Shown here: in pieces, positions 49,801-63,913 of the stretch | Layout: every line of letters begins with the position of its first letter | How positions within the stretch are numbered: position 1 is the first letter of the stretch | Assembly (NCBI RefSeq): GCF_021869535.1 | Contig: NW_026262679.1 | Span: 48,546,001-48,610,000 of the forward strand | Length of the DNA: 64,000 nucleotides | Direction of reading: 5' to 3' | From: Mytilus californianus | Taxonomy: Eukaryota | Made by a program: the position numbers and the translations under genes | The notes under the pieces: generated by a model | The model's database searches: none | What the model saw: only the letters and a program-made list of their open reading frames with translations | What the model was told of the DNA's origin: nothing

Positions 49801-50971
49801 GAGGGGGGATTCGTGTAACTTTTTGTTCTGAATGCTTGTGATGAAAGAAGATAGGTTAAAACCATGTGTAATCCACCATTTCTACCTAAGGAAATGCCTG
49901 TCATGAATATGACAGTTGTTTTTCATTCGTTTGATGTGTTTGAGCTTTTGATTTTGCCATATGATAAGAGACTTTCCGATTTGAATTTTCCTTGGAGTTC
50001 GGTATTTTTGTTATTTTACTTTTTAATAATCCCTATTGGTTATAGTCATTGTAGACCCCCTTTCTTTGAATTAAAAAAAAACTTTTAATTATCAATGTGT
50101 AATGCTGTTTCTGAAGTTCAAAAGGAATTATAATGCATCACCGAAAAAATAAATTGTCTTGTCTTAGTGTAAACATATTTTATTAATTAAATTCAAGTTG
50201 AATAATGTACACAAGACCGGCCGGTCGGTCTTTTCTAGAAACTTGTTGAAACCTAAAAAGTAGAATTTGAATTTAAAGAGTTTAAATATTACTTACATTT
50301 TATTATTTTTTTTATAAATTTACATTAGTTTTATCTGGGACTATTAATAGTCCCAGGTTGTATCCATAAAATCAAAATGTTATTCAGTGTCACACATTGC
50401 TGTTGAGGACAATTTTGACTCCATTTTGAAAATGTTAGATAATTTTGTAAAATATTTCACCAAGAACATTATAAAAAAAGAGTTATTTTGTATCTGAAAG
50501 ACAACAGACAAACATTTACTTCTAATAGATTTTTGGTTTGATTAAGAATGTCCTTCCTTACACATTATTTTAATAAATATTCTCAGCTTACCACAACTTA
50601 TCAAATTTGCAGTTTTGAGCCACCTCTGACAGGTGTTAAGACATTTCATACATGGTCAAACGTTCAGAAAAACGTCATCATCATGATAATGTTGTCAGAA
50701 TCAGAAAACAAATACATGAAACTGTGATACTGTGAATTTTAAACAGAGACGAAATATCTTTCAAAATTGTCAAAGTGTAAAATAAAATCAGCGGAAATTG
50801 ATTTTGACTCTTATTGCATATCAGCCAAAAAACTTTTAGTTGACTTTCGTTCGAGAAATACTGCTGTAACTGTTGTAATGGGGAAAAGTGCCGGAAACTG
50901 TTATAATGAGTAACAAGTGCTGTAACTCTTAACCAACAAGTGCTGTAACTCTTAACCAACAAGTGCTGTAC

Positions 50972-51409
50972 AGGTGGCACGGTAGTATTTCCTTGCCCAT
51001 AAGGGAGAATGATAGCCTTTTATAATTTTCACCACTTTCTAACACTGCAAAAAATTCTACATTCACAGTTAACTGAAGTACTTTCATTTTACTATTCAGA
51101 AATGAATTTGAATGTGTATCATGACCGTTTACTTTTTTTGCTATTTTTAAAAATCTAAGGCCACTAGTGCTTTTAGGTCTTTTATCGTGCAGTGAATACA
51201 AAATTTAAAAAAAATCTCAAAAATTCATTTTCATCTGTATGTAAAATTATTTCATATTTTTCTACACCTGATTCATCCCTCAGTTTGGGAAAGTATGTTC
51301 AGTTGATGCGGTATTTTTTGTCCAATCACACTGTTCAGATACATTGACTTAGGTAGGGTACACAAGAGAGCAACCTAAATACTGGAATGCAAATACTACC
51401 GTGCTACCT
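50972..51409. mobile_element. MITE with ~20-bp TIRs (AGGT.GCACGGTAGTATTT)
   Basis: Inverted match between 50972-50990 and 51391-51409. Confidence 0.6.
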
Positions 51410-52386
51410 ACACAGTAACTCTTTACCGGTGACTATCATGTTGTCAAAAACTAAATCTATTTCTTTATTAAATGGCTCATGTCATCATTCCAAGACTTCC
51501 ATATGATTTATCTATGATGGACAATAAAGTATCATTCCAGTGTACACTGCTCTTCCCGCTATGTCTGGAGATGACTTGGTCTGTGTCAATTAATTCCCAT
51601 CATTGTACTTTATCACCATGTTGGTGTTGTCCAATTTCTGCTTACATTATATATGCACACATACTCTTATACACTAAGTATTTTCTACATGTATACATTC
51701 GTCTAAAAACAGAAAAAATATTGCTTTGCCGAATTACAATTTATCTTTTATATTTTTCTTTTAAGTCTTGTTATCAATTGATATTTTTCAAATTGCTTTT
51801 AATTAAACGCTAACACCGTTATCGTCATGGAAGTTTGAGTTCCAATTCAATTTGTTTACATACTGATTCAATACATTAAGATTTTCTTGTTTCATGGAAT
51901 ATTTCAGCGTGTAAGGCATCATAATCAATAAATGTTCATTGATCTAGTGATGTATGTTTAAATTGCATGTTACAATTTGTTTTCCTTGTCGTCTGCCAAC
52001 GAAACATATTAATGGAAAAAAATCTAAACCTCATTTATATAATTTCATATTTGGTTATGTAAATAACAATTAAGTAAAAACAACATCGTTACCCATTAGA
52101 ACTTATGTGTCCTATAAATATGTCTAATTATGCTTAATTTGAATTAATTATTTAAGTTATAATTATCTGTTGCTGTTCAGTTTCTTTTCAAAAGTACGCA
52201 TGTGCAGAGCCGCTGTCCTCTTAGAATAACTAGACTTACGTCAAAGACTATCGCACGAAGATTTGTCTAAGAATCGATTGCCATTATTAAACATACGGAT
52301 GCTGTAAAACTACCTAAATTGTTGTTTAGAATGGACAAGAAATAATGTAGAAATTAAGCTGTAAATTGGAAATTTAAAAAGTAAAA

Positions 52387-52429
52387 ATGGTGAAAACATC
52401 TCATCATATCCACGAAAAGCACCAAGACA
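52387..52429 (+). CDS. Candidate first coding exon of an unidentified gene (MVKTSHHIHEKHQD, phase 1)
   Basis: ATG with A at -3, an open frame and a consensus donor ACA|GTAAGT, with a GC-richer promoter-like sequence upstream (52195-52260). No homology recognised. Confidence 0.3.
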
Positions 52430-52671
52430 GTAAGTATTATTAATACATCAATTATTATTTCATCTTTTTATAAACATAAAAAAATAGTTTGGTTATTGCA
52501 GTATTTTAATTCATGTAAGCACCGTTTTTATTTAATATCTTTTTGAGCATTGTAAGATTATTAACTAAATGATATACCCTTTTTAACTAGATAAGAGTGG
52601 TTTTGTACATTTGTACCATACTGACATAAAATAAACATTGTTTTATAGATAATTATATTTTTTTTATTTAT

Positions 52672-52829
52672 TTAAGGAATTACTGTAATATTTTTTCTGT
52701 CTATGAAGAAATAACATCAAAAATGTTGTGCACACTGAATAACCCGCGTAGTGGGTTATCGAAAATTGTGCACCACATTTTTTAGGTTATTTCGAATAGA
52801 CAGAAAAAAATATTACAGTCATTCCTTAT
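52672..52829. repeat. Long imperfect palindrome (fold-back element)
   Basis: aaggaattactgtaatattttttctgtctat...gtgcac / gtgcac...atagacagaaaaaaatattacagtcattcctt, with an inner hairpin ataaccc/gggttat. Confidence 0.85.
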
Positions 52830-53449
52830 AATTCAATTTTAAATTCCATTTCTAAGGAGAAAATCATGAAAAAACGTTGATGACGTCACGGTCACATGAC
52901 AAAATTGTGTCTTTGAGTTGATACACAAAAACTTATTTATTATTATACGTAATATGAGATAACACTTCTTTCTCAACAGATACTTCAGCATGTACATTTT
53001 GTTAGATTTTTACAATCAGTAACTTCATATTTTCCGGGTCTTCTTTCTTATTTAGAAAAATATAATCAGGATCATTTTTGACTGTTGCTAACAAAATGAA
53101 AGTGCTTTCCGTTTGCATGCTAACAAGTCCTCTGGTTTTCAAAAGTCCCTGAATAAGATTAAAAGAGCAATATTAGTTTAAATTCTCTGAGGATTTTACA
53201 TGTAACTATTGGTAACTTTTCATTTTCCTAATCTTCTTTCCTAGTAAGGCATATATAATCTTAATCGATTTTGACTGTTTTGCAGAAGTGCTTTCCGTTT
53301 TCACGATCCGAGCTGATTGTCAAGTTATTTTGTTTTTGTTTCCCCAAGGTACCCGCCTAACAAAGCAAAATGCATTTTTATTTTACGCTATTTTTACTTC
53401 AGTTGATAAAATACGTGAAACATTTATTTTTAAATATTTTAGAATGAGA

Positions 53450-56400
53450 GATTAGTAATTAGAAGCTATTAAATATGAACGTTAAATTGAAAATGCATTA
53501 ACTATTAATGATTGCAGTTGTTATAGGCTAAGGTTACCAACGTCCCTTTAAATATTTACATTTCATTTCTATTGAGATCTCATATTAATAGAAATCCGCC
53601 ATTAGGCATATGATTACACGCAAGATCTCGTTGTAGTTTGTTATTATATATTCCGTTTTAAAAACATTAAGGGAATAGGTATTACGTCAAAAATCAGATA
53701 TTAGAAAAAATAAATGTATAGAAATAAAGAATATGGGAAGAATGTGGATGACACATTTAACAACAATAAAAATACAAATGATACAGTTCCATTACGGTTC
53801 AGACTGTGTGGTGTTTCTGTTTTATTCTTATTCAAATTTTCTGTTCTATGGTCTATGGTCGTTTTTACAATAATAATGATATATACCTATATCAGTAATA
53901 GACTGTATATTATCAGTAATTACAGCTGTTTAGTATGGGAAAAGTAGTCTGTAAGAATTCTACAGTAGTAGGATATTAAAAAAAGTTTGCGCGTTTTAAT
54001 TTATTTGCATTACACAGTGACTTGACTGTAAGTGTTGCTCTCCACCTATTGCAGTTTATTAAAAATTCTGACCAAATTGCAATTTGTTTTATCAACCAGT
54101 CCAAACTATTCAACTGGTCAGAAATTTTAACAAACTACTGTAGAAAACCACAGTCAAGTTGTGAAAGTGCAAGGTGATAAAATAAAGCATACTTACAATC
54201 CTATAATACTTCACTTCCACTTCATTGATATTATTATGAAAATGTTTATAAGAATTTGTATACATTCTTTTATTGTTATTGTCATACCAAAGGTGATAGG
54301 TAGTAATTTTCAAAATGCTATAAAAGTGTCTAAACTCAGCTTTCATACAATTTTTCTTTTAAAAAATCTTCTAAATTCATAAGAATAAGACATCAGTTTG
54401 AATTAAACCATGTTATATTCAGTAAAATATATGTGAAATTACAATACATTGTTAATAAGTTTGCATGGAAGATAACCTAAAATCATTGATCATTTTAAAT
54501 ATTGATCTTATCTCCCTTTAAAACATATTTAAGCTTAAAGTACATTTCACGAAGTATATAAGAGATTAATTGAAAGAATGCTTTGTAGCATGCATAGAAA
54601 AACATCATTTTAGTAGAAATAATTCAAAAACTTAAATTTAGACATTATTTTAGCAGTTCAAAAATTACTACCTATCATAAATGACAATAACAATCAAAGA
54701 ATGTATAGAAATTCTTATAAACAATTTCATACAATACAATGAAGTGGATTAAAGTCTATTGGGATTGTAAGTATGCTTTATTTTATCACCTTGCACTTTC
54801 GCGACTTGACTGTGGTTTTCTACAGCAGTTTGTTACAATTTCTGACCAGTTGAACAACGGTTTGGTTTGATAAAACAAATTGCAATTTGGTCAGAATTTT
54901 GAATAAACTGCAATATGTGGACAGTAACACTTACAGTCAAGTCACAGTAAGAAAATTGAGAAAAGTCACTGTAGCGATCCGACTGTGAATGACGTATCGG
55001 AACAAATACTGAAAACGTTATAATGACACGTTTTATCTGTTACAAATTAGATGACATACTAACAACCTGTCATCAGTATCAAAGCGTACACGGAGGCTTA
55101 ATTGGTGAAATAAAGATCGTTAAAAGCGGCGTATGTTTTATATATCGTGACAAGAAAATATCTTTTGGTCACTAATGACCATAGCTGATATATTAAAAAA
55201 ATAATTCAACACTACCGACCAGCATCTCATATTTCACTAAAGGGTTTTATGGTATTAATTTAGACATCTTATTCGATATAATACTCCAATATCCCTGGCG
55301 GTTAAGAAATCAATGTACAATTAACTTTGTCTTAAACTGCAATTAACTTTGCCTTAAACTTTACAGTCAGTTCCTATCCACGTAGATCCGGAACCATGGG
55401 AAGACTCAGGTGGATTTTATAACGGAAAAGATCGATGTCGTTTTCTGAGAAATATCAACTTATTGATTTTAATGTAAAATCAATAATGCAGTCTCTTCGT
55501 TACATTTGTACATCAAATGCATATCCTCTATTCCAGTTGAGAAATCAAAAGCCATTTATCTGATAAAAACGTCAAGTCAATCAATTTTCAGTTTTACGTC
55601 TTTATAACACAAGTAGATGAAAATTGAATGAAAGTTTTACCGGTAATCGTGATATCAAGTCCTTGTCCATAATTGGTGTAGACATTAAATTTTTCTATAA
55701 ATGAGTATACTAGTGCTCATATAAACGAATAATATAATCAACACTTATTGGGAGACTAGATATGTCGTAAATCATTTTGCGGATGCGTTGATTGTCTGAT
55801 ATTTTCGTTTGTTTCACAGTCGTGGGAGTAATCATAATGACATTCCTACACATGTTGAATGCTTATAACAGATCTGCTTTGAATGAACCAAATATATTCA
55901 ACAGTAGACTTTGTGTCACATTTCTTAACAATGAGTCCAAAATGCTATTGAAAGTCAAACAACTTACAATCTTACATTTTTCCTGGTTTAATTTTACTAA
56001 TCAATAGTTATTGTTTCATGCAATAATAATTTAAAAACACGAAGTGTCTCTTCGTCCTGAACATGTAATAAACATAAGCCATGGATGTTAAGCAACCAAC
56101 TAATTATTTGAATCTGCAGAATCCTTTTCCAGTGACAAAACGTGATTAGCAGAGAGGGCCGCGTTGTTTGTATTTTTTTATCAGCTAATACATACAAAAA
56201 CACGACTGCGCAATATTAGATTTATGGATAAACCGTATTAGAAATGGTGTAAAAAAATAAAACAGACTATTCGATTTGTTTAAAAATCTGTCCTTTTCCA
56301 GATTTACAACTAACCATGACAACATTGAATCCTTGTTTACGTCTTGTTTTTGTAGCTCTGTCATTTTGTCTTGGATATGTAAAAGGATTTGAACAATTTG

Positions 56401-59400
56401 CAATTCAAACTACATGTATTGATTAAACTTGGTTTTAAAACCTGTCAAAGGGACAATTTGACATGGACAATTTATTGAAAGTTAATTTATAAAGTTTAAA
56501 AATAAGCGCTTAGTAATGAGAAGCTATTAAATATGAACGTTAAATTGAAAATACATTAAATATTAATGATGGCAGTTGTTATCAAAGTACCCTCAAATAT
56601 TTACATTTCATTTCTACTGAGATCTCTTATTAATAGAACACCGCAATTAGGCATATGATTACACTCAATATCTCGTTGTTTTTTGTTATTGTATATTCCG
56701 TGATAAGTAAACATAAAGGGAAAGATTTCGTCAAAAATCAGACATTGGAAAAAATAAATGTATCGTATAAAAGATATGAGAAGAATGTGGATGACAAATT
56801 TAGCCACAAAATAAAAATAAAAAGAGTACACAAATAGCCACAAAAATACAAATGCTACAGTTCCATTAAAGAAGATAAAGGGTTGTTTGTTTTATTCTTC
56901 TTATTATTTGTTCTGTTCTACAATGCGGTTCTTTTTACCATATAATGATGTAAATAAAATCAGTTATATATCTCGAGTAATTAACCTATCAAATTATATC
57001 AAATTGTAAGTTGCTGTGTGGTATGGGAAAGAAGTCTGTAAGCAGTTTAGAGTAGTAGGGAATTGAAAATGATCTTGCGTTTCTATTTATTAGCATTTAT
57101 GATAAAAAATTGGGAGAAGTCACTAGAGCGAACTTACACCGAATGACTTATTTCTGCAAAAGAAGTGCAGTTTCTTTTCATTATTCCTGTTTCAGAATCA
57201 TGTGATTAATACAGACATAAATTCCGAACAAATACTGAAAACGTAATAATGACACATTTTATCTGTTCAAATTAGATTACATACTTACAACGTGTCATCA
57301 GTGTCAAAGTGTGCACGCAGGCTAAATGGGTGAAATAAACATCGTTAAATGCGGCGTATGTTTTATATCTTGACAAGAAAATAACTGTGGTCACTATAAT
57401 GACCATAGCTGATTAAAAAAAAAATATCTCAACGCTACTATTACGCATCAGTATCTCATATTACGGGTTTTATGGTTTTAGTTTAGACATCTTATATTAT
57501 TCGATATAATAGTTCAATATCCCTGGCGGTTAAGAAATCAATGTACAATTAACTTGGTCTTAAACTGCAAATAACTTTGGCTTAAACTTTACAATCAGTT
57601 CCTATCCACGTAGATCCGGAACCATGGGAAGACTCAGGTGGATTTTAGAACGGACATGATCGATTTAGTTTTCTAATAAATTTTTAATGTAAAATCAATA
57701 CTGCAGTCTCTTTGTTACATTTGTACACCAACTGCATCATCTCTATTCCAACAGGGCCTAAGATATCAAAAGCCATGTATCTGATAAACAAGTCAAGTCA
57801 ATTTTAGGTTTTTATTAATTACACAAGTAGATGAAAATTTTATGAAAGTTTTATCGGTAATCGCGATATCAGACCATTGTCTATGATTGGTGTAGACATT
57901 TAATTTTTCTATAAATGAGTACACTAGTGCTAATAAAAACGAATAATATTATCAACACTTATTGGGAGACTAGATATGTCGTAAATCATTTTGCGGATGC
58001 GTTGATTGTCTGATATCTTTGTCTGTTTCACAGTCGTATGAGCCATTCCTCTACATGTTGAATGCTAATAACAGATCTGCTTTGAATGAACCAAATATAT
58101 TTTCAACAGTAGACTTTGTGTCACATTTCTTAACAATGAGTCCAAAATGCCATTGAAAGTCAAACAACTAACAATCTTACATTTTTCCTGGTTTAATTTT
58201 ACAAATCGATAGTTATTGTTTCATGCAATGATAATTTAAAAACACGAAGTATCTCTTCGTCCTGAACATGCATGACATATTTGCCACTGGATGTTAAGCA
58301 ACCAACAATCAATCAATTATTTGAATCTGCAGAATCGTTCCAGTGACAAAATGGATTAGCAGAGAGGGCTGGTTTTTTGTATTTTTTATCAGCTAATACA
58401 TTCAAAAACACGACTGCGCAATATTAGATTTATGGATAAACCGTATTAGAAATGGTGTAGAAAAATAAAACAGACTATTCGATTCTGATTTAAAAACAAA
58501 TATCTCAACGCTACTACTACGCATCAGTATCTCATATTTCACAAACGGGTTTTATGGTTTAAGTTTAGACATCTTATTCGATATGATAGTTCAATATCCC
58601 TGGCGGTTAAGAAATCAATGTACAATTAACATGGTCTTAAACTGCAATTTACTTTGGCTTAAACTTTAAAGTCAGTTCCTATCCACGTAGATCCGGAACC
58701 ATGGGAAGACTCAGGTGGATTTTAGAACGGACATGATCGATTTAGTTTTCTAATAAATTTTTAATGTAAAATCAATACTGCAGTCTCTTTTTGTTACATT
58801 TGTACACCAACTGCATCATTTCCATTCCAACTGGGTCTTAGATATCAAAAGCCATGTATCTGATAAACAAGTCAAGTCAATTTTAGGTTTTTATTAATTA
58901 CACAAGTAGATGAAAATTTTATGAAAGTTTTATCGGTAATCGCGATATCAGACCATTGTCTATGATTGGTGTAGACATTAAATTTTTCTATGAATGAGTA
59001 TATTAGTGCTTATAAAAACGAATAATATTATCAACACTTATTGGGAGACTAGATATGTCGTAAATCATTTTGCGGATGCGTTGATTGTCTGATATCTTTG
59101 TCTGTTTCACAGTCGTAGGAGCCATTCCTCTGCATGTTGAATGCTAATAACAGATCTGCTTTGAATGAACCGAATATATTCAACAGTAGAATTTGTGTCA
59201 CATTTCTTAACAATGAATCCAAAATGTCATTGAAAGTCACACAACTTACAATCTTACATTTTTCCTGGTTTAATTTTACAAATCAATAGTTATTGTTTCA
59301 TGCAATAATAATTTAAAAACACGAAGTGTCTCTTTGTCCTGTACACGCAATAAACTTAAGCCACTGGACGTTTAGCAACCAATAATCAATCAATTATTTG

Positions 59401-59760
59401 AATCTGCAGAACCCTGTTCCAGTGACAAAACGTAATTAGCAGAGAGAGCCGCGTTGTTCGTATTTTTTATCAGCTAATACATATAATAACTCGACTGTAC
59501 AATATTAGATTTATGGATAAACCTGAATGTTAGAAAGGTAGTAAAAATGCTTGTTCGTTTTAAAAAATAAAACAGACTATTCGATTTATTTTTTTCAAAA
59601 AAATCCTTTCCCAGATTTGACAACATTGAATCCTTGTTCACGCCTTGTTGTTTGTGTAGCTCTGTTGTTATGTCTTGGGCATGTAAAAGAATTTAACCAA
59701 ATTGTTATTCGTTTGAAGTTTCATACGACCAATTCAAACTACATGTATTGATTAAAACTT
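53450..59760 (+). repeat. Local tandem segmental triplication (copies at about 53450-56450, 56500-58495 and 58500-59760)
   Basis: The shared anchor ttcctatccacgtagatccggaacc is at 55371, 57599 and 58676. The shared 5' block ttagtaa.agaagctattaaatatgaacg is at 53452 and 56511. Confidence 0.93.
54015..54947. mobile_element. Tc1/mariner-like MITE with long (~300-bp) TIRs, present only in triplication copy 1
   Basis: 54015-54345 is the reverse complement of 54620-54947 (CAGTGACTTGACTGTAAG...CTTACAGTCAAGTCACAG). The empty site is visible near 57095 in copy 2. Confidence 0.85.
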
Positions 59761-60389
59761 AAGTTTTGAAACAAGTCAAACGGACGATTTGGCTTGGAAT
59801 TGACAAAATTATCAGGTGCTTACAATTTATTCTCCAAACCAATCTAGATATGATGAAAACTGAAAAATAGAAAACATGTATACAATTTTAATGTCTGATA
59901 TAAAACAATGGCGCAGTCTGGAGAATGAGAATGAAGTTTCCATTAATAAAACATGGAGTGGGAAATCCAAAATAACACAGAAAACAGTTCAACCATATTG
60001 AAAATAGCGTGACAGCATTAAATACAAAGTTTTTAAAGTAACTCATACTAAGCTTAGCTGTCAATTGTATCTGAAAACATTTTATTTTTCTGTTGCAATT
60101 TTCTTATCGGCAAGTTCACTTTACGAGAGACATGGGAGAAAGGAAGCAGTATCGATGTTTCGATATTATAAAATATAAAATATTGTGAGGTCCTCTAATT
60201 GGCAAAAACATTATTTATTACTATTAAGATAAAAATGAGAAGATATGGTATGATTGCCAATGAGACAACTCTCAACCAGATACCAAATGACGTAGAAGTA
60301 AGCGACTATAGGTCACCGTACGGCCTTCAACAATGAGCAAAACCCATACCGCACAGCCAGCTATGAAAGAGTTAACTAGCCTTTTTGTA

Positions 60390-61480
60390 CCAACACATTT
60401 ATATTTTCCAACAATATGACCAACCCCAGATTTTGCTTATACGAAACTAGGACGTTAACCCGACAATTTTGTTCGGCAGTTTTCTAAAAATAACTTTTCT
60501 ACAATCTAAATATAATTATGAACATCCTGAACGTGACACTGGTATCCTTTATCTCTTCCACAAAGGCATGCTTTTGGATTGATAAATCTCTGTCTCTAGG
60601 GTTCCATTTTATTTTCTTGTAATAATATTATTTTACAGTCTGTATTGATTATTTCTTGTTAATGACGACATGACAGTTTGATGGCATTACTTGGCGTATC
60701 CATGGTAAAACTTGTCTTCTATTGTAATAAGGAAGTATGATGCCTAAGCTGTTTGTCCGCATGTTAAATAATCTCTTAATACATTGTATGTCTGATCAGA
60801 AATCGTCGATACTTCTGGACTGAATATGTTCTGTTTCTATAGGAGCACAAATAGAACTTTTTTCTATGGGAAACACTATATCAGACATTAAAAGCAACAA
60901 CTGAACGCTGTTTTCAAACAAAGAAATATATATGCGCTACATAAATATAGATATTTAGCACGTCTATAAAAGTAGGTTGATACTGAAATATTTTATGTCC
61001 GGCACATTATTTCTTAAAAACGAACTCTTTTACTAGTAGTTCATTTGAGTGAACGATTCCTTAACACAAATAGGTTTCTAAAACTGATAAACTTAAATTG
61101 TTTTGAATCTGTTGAGGTTTCTTCAAATAACTATCTGTTTGCTTTAATTTGAAATAATTCAAATGAATTATGTTTCTAATCTCCCCCATATTCAGGAACA
61201 AACCCACATGTTCTGGTATTGGTTAATTAGTTTAAAGTTACAGATTTAGAAATCTCTTGTCATCTGTCTTTCGTGTCTTTCTGTACCAAAAGATATTTCT
61301 CTGAGATTCCAAATTAACACGATTACTTTCACTCAGTTTTCGTGACAATCATACAATGCCTTTGTACATCTATCTTCTGACGAGTTGACATTTCAATATT
61401 CATTTGTTTCACTCTGTTTCAATATAGAAGTTTAAGTCTTGTTCTAATAAAATACATCGTCTTTATCTTCTTTAAAAGCA
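60390..61480 (-). pseudogene. Possible heavily decayed LRR/TIR (TLR-like) relic
   Basis: Stop-ridden frames give LRR-like (RNLNRFKTI; IYISLFENSVQLL), LRRCT-like (ICAPIET...SIDDF*SDIQC), juxtamembrane-like (YYNRRQVLPWI) and TIR-box-like (KHAFV...GLVILLENIN) pieces in TLR order. The similarity is weak and judged by eye. Confidence 0.3.
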
Positions 61481-63375
61481 GCCTAGGTCGATAATACAAA
61501 TTAAGACACTAGATTGTTTTACACCAATGAAAAGCCGTTTAAAACTATATTATTACCATGTACTTGCGTCTTCAATGCCAAAAAAAAATGGAATAATTTT
61601 ATTACGCTCAATTTACTTGGGTTTATACATGAAACCATCTTTCCTTAAAACAGTTTTTTCTTTAAGTCCTTATTGTCAAGCAAAACTTATTTTCTATTAG
61701 GGTTTCAGTATTTCAAATAAATGCAATGTTAAATTGCTCCGTGTTGAAGGCCGTACCTTGATCTATAATGGTTTACTTTTATAAATTGTAACTTGGATGG
61801 AGAGTTGTCTCATTGGCACTCATACCACATCTTCCTATATCTAAATTAAATGCCAGGTAACTTGAATTGCAGATCAACAGTTCGCTTTGGTCTATTTCTG
61901 ATTTATACGATGTTATTTGTGTAGTGATTAATGTTTCTTGGAACTGCTATATGAACATCAGTGCATTTCTGTATAAAAACAGTTGATCAGTGTTTATGAT
62001 TTGAAGTTAAACATATTGTATATACTACAGTCTATTGATGAGACTATGTTGACAGGTAGTATCTTTTGGTTATTTGTGGCGTTCAGTTGCTGTCTCATTG
62101 GCGTTTACCCAACATCTTCTTGTATTTATAATCATATTCTGGCCTGTCATTGAACAGGTAATCGAATTTAAGCCAACTTATATTTTTTGTTGTCCAGTGG
62201 CAAAATCAATTAATAAACAAACATACTTGGCCATTCCCTTGAAACATACCAGGACTTATTCTGTGGCATTGATGTTTTGGAACTTCATTATCTAGTATAA
62301 AATCGATATTAACAATCCCGAAGACTTTTATGAAGAGTTGCAGTTATCAATTGATTTAACCAATCCTGTTTAGAATTTGATATACTGTTGCTTTAATCCT
62401 ATTATGAGTGCAATACACCAGCAGCGTTTGCAGTTAATAGACTCAATGATTTAAAAGTAACATGGAAATGAAATAGTTATTGATCGACCTGTCTTGCACG
62501 GATTCAGCAGAAATTTGTTGCTATCAAAGTATTATTTACATTGTTGATTGCTTTGTAAGAATCCTTCAGAAGAAATTTTACTGATGAAATGGTGTAGTAA
62601 AACACAAAAATAGGCGGACAAATTACCAAACACCTTGACTAAACTCAATTTGGCTCGTTTAATTTTCATAAAATTTTGACAAAAATATTTACTTTGACCA
62701 TTTGACAAAAATATAAAAATTTTAAAAAACTTGAACCACACACTTTATCGAAAAAATTTCATTGGATATATAGCAGTTTGATAAACACTAATTTTGATCA
62801 TTGAGAAGCTTAATATTTCCTTAACAATAGAACGTGATTGAAACGTTCAGCTGATTTTTACAGAGTTATCTCCCTGTAGTGTTATCTACCACCTTAACAA
62901 TATTTTACAAAGTAAGTTGATCTTCCTTAACCAGTAGTCGAGTTCGGAAATATTTTAACAAAGTTTAGGGTATGAATGTTCAGCGCCAATTAGGTCAAAC
63001 TCTTTTCCGTTACTATATTATTATCAGATGGGCCTGAGTTACCCTAGAATTTTTTTCAGAGGTCAGCGTTATCTTGCATTTTTTGTGTTGATTGTATTTT
63101 GTGATAATTTATTTTTCAAATGACTTTGCTGTTTCTTTATATAATGGTCTCGTCTGTCTTTGTCTTGAAACATATATTTCATTTCCAACTTTTGTCACAT
63201 TGTCACAAATAATGGTTAAAAAGTTTACACAAAATGATAGTTTACAAATTTGATAATGTCCTCAGGTTCAACAAAATACGTCTACCAATCCACTATCGTG
63301 TTGTATATCATCACCGGATATGACTCATCAATTGTTCTTAATTGGGGTATCGCGACGGGTGTCAGTATTTCAGTC

Positions 63376-63913
63376 GGTGCATTACATTTGCGCGCATAAC
63401 CAGTACATTTGCGCGAAAAAAATCATTACGTTAGCGCGCAGCTTTTGATTACATTTGCGCGCATTTATTTTACAGACAAACACAGGCAAATTATATATTG
63501 CAACTACCCGTCAATCTATGTCCTCTGTTCACCAACAAGGAGGTGATAGTGGGGTTTCGAGTGGAGTAAGTCCGTTTTATTATGCACAAGCAGTAAGTCC
63601 TGGAAATATATACATGTACAGTTGAAAATGCAAAAATCTGAAGAGGAAAAATTCCGATTTTACATGTCGGTACGTGCTGCATATTTGAAGACCATCGCTT
63701 ATAATATTTAAAACGATAAATATGTTAAAAGTTAACATTTACAATGGATTTTGAACACTATCGTAAATAAAATGTCGACAAATTTATTATGAACTATCTT
63801 CATATTTACCTGTATTGCCTGTAAAAAGGAATGCGCGCAAATGTAATAAAAAAAAGCTTCGCGCAAACGTAAACAAACCTTTAATCCCCAAATGCGCGCA
63901 AATGTAATGCACC
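63376..63913. mobile_element. MITE with a 22-bp TIR (GGTGCATTACATTTGCGCGCAT) and subterminal ACATTTGCGCG repeats
   Basis: The TIRs and 3-4 subterminal repeats at each end are directly visible in inverted orientation. Confidence 0.8.

Noticed and set aside
51430-51640. Minus-strand WNDTLLSIIDKSYGSLGM resembling a CR1/L2 RT C-terminus
   Set aside because: It is a single weak motif with no flanking RT motifs, too little to call.
61377-61405. CTGACGA followed by a 5-bp hairpin
   Set aside because: No GAAA or stem III follows.
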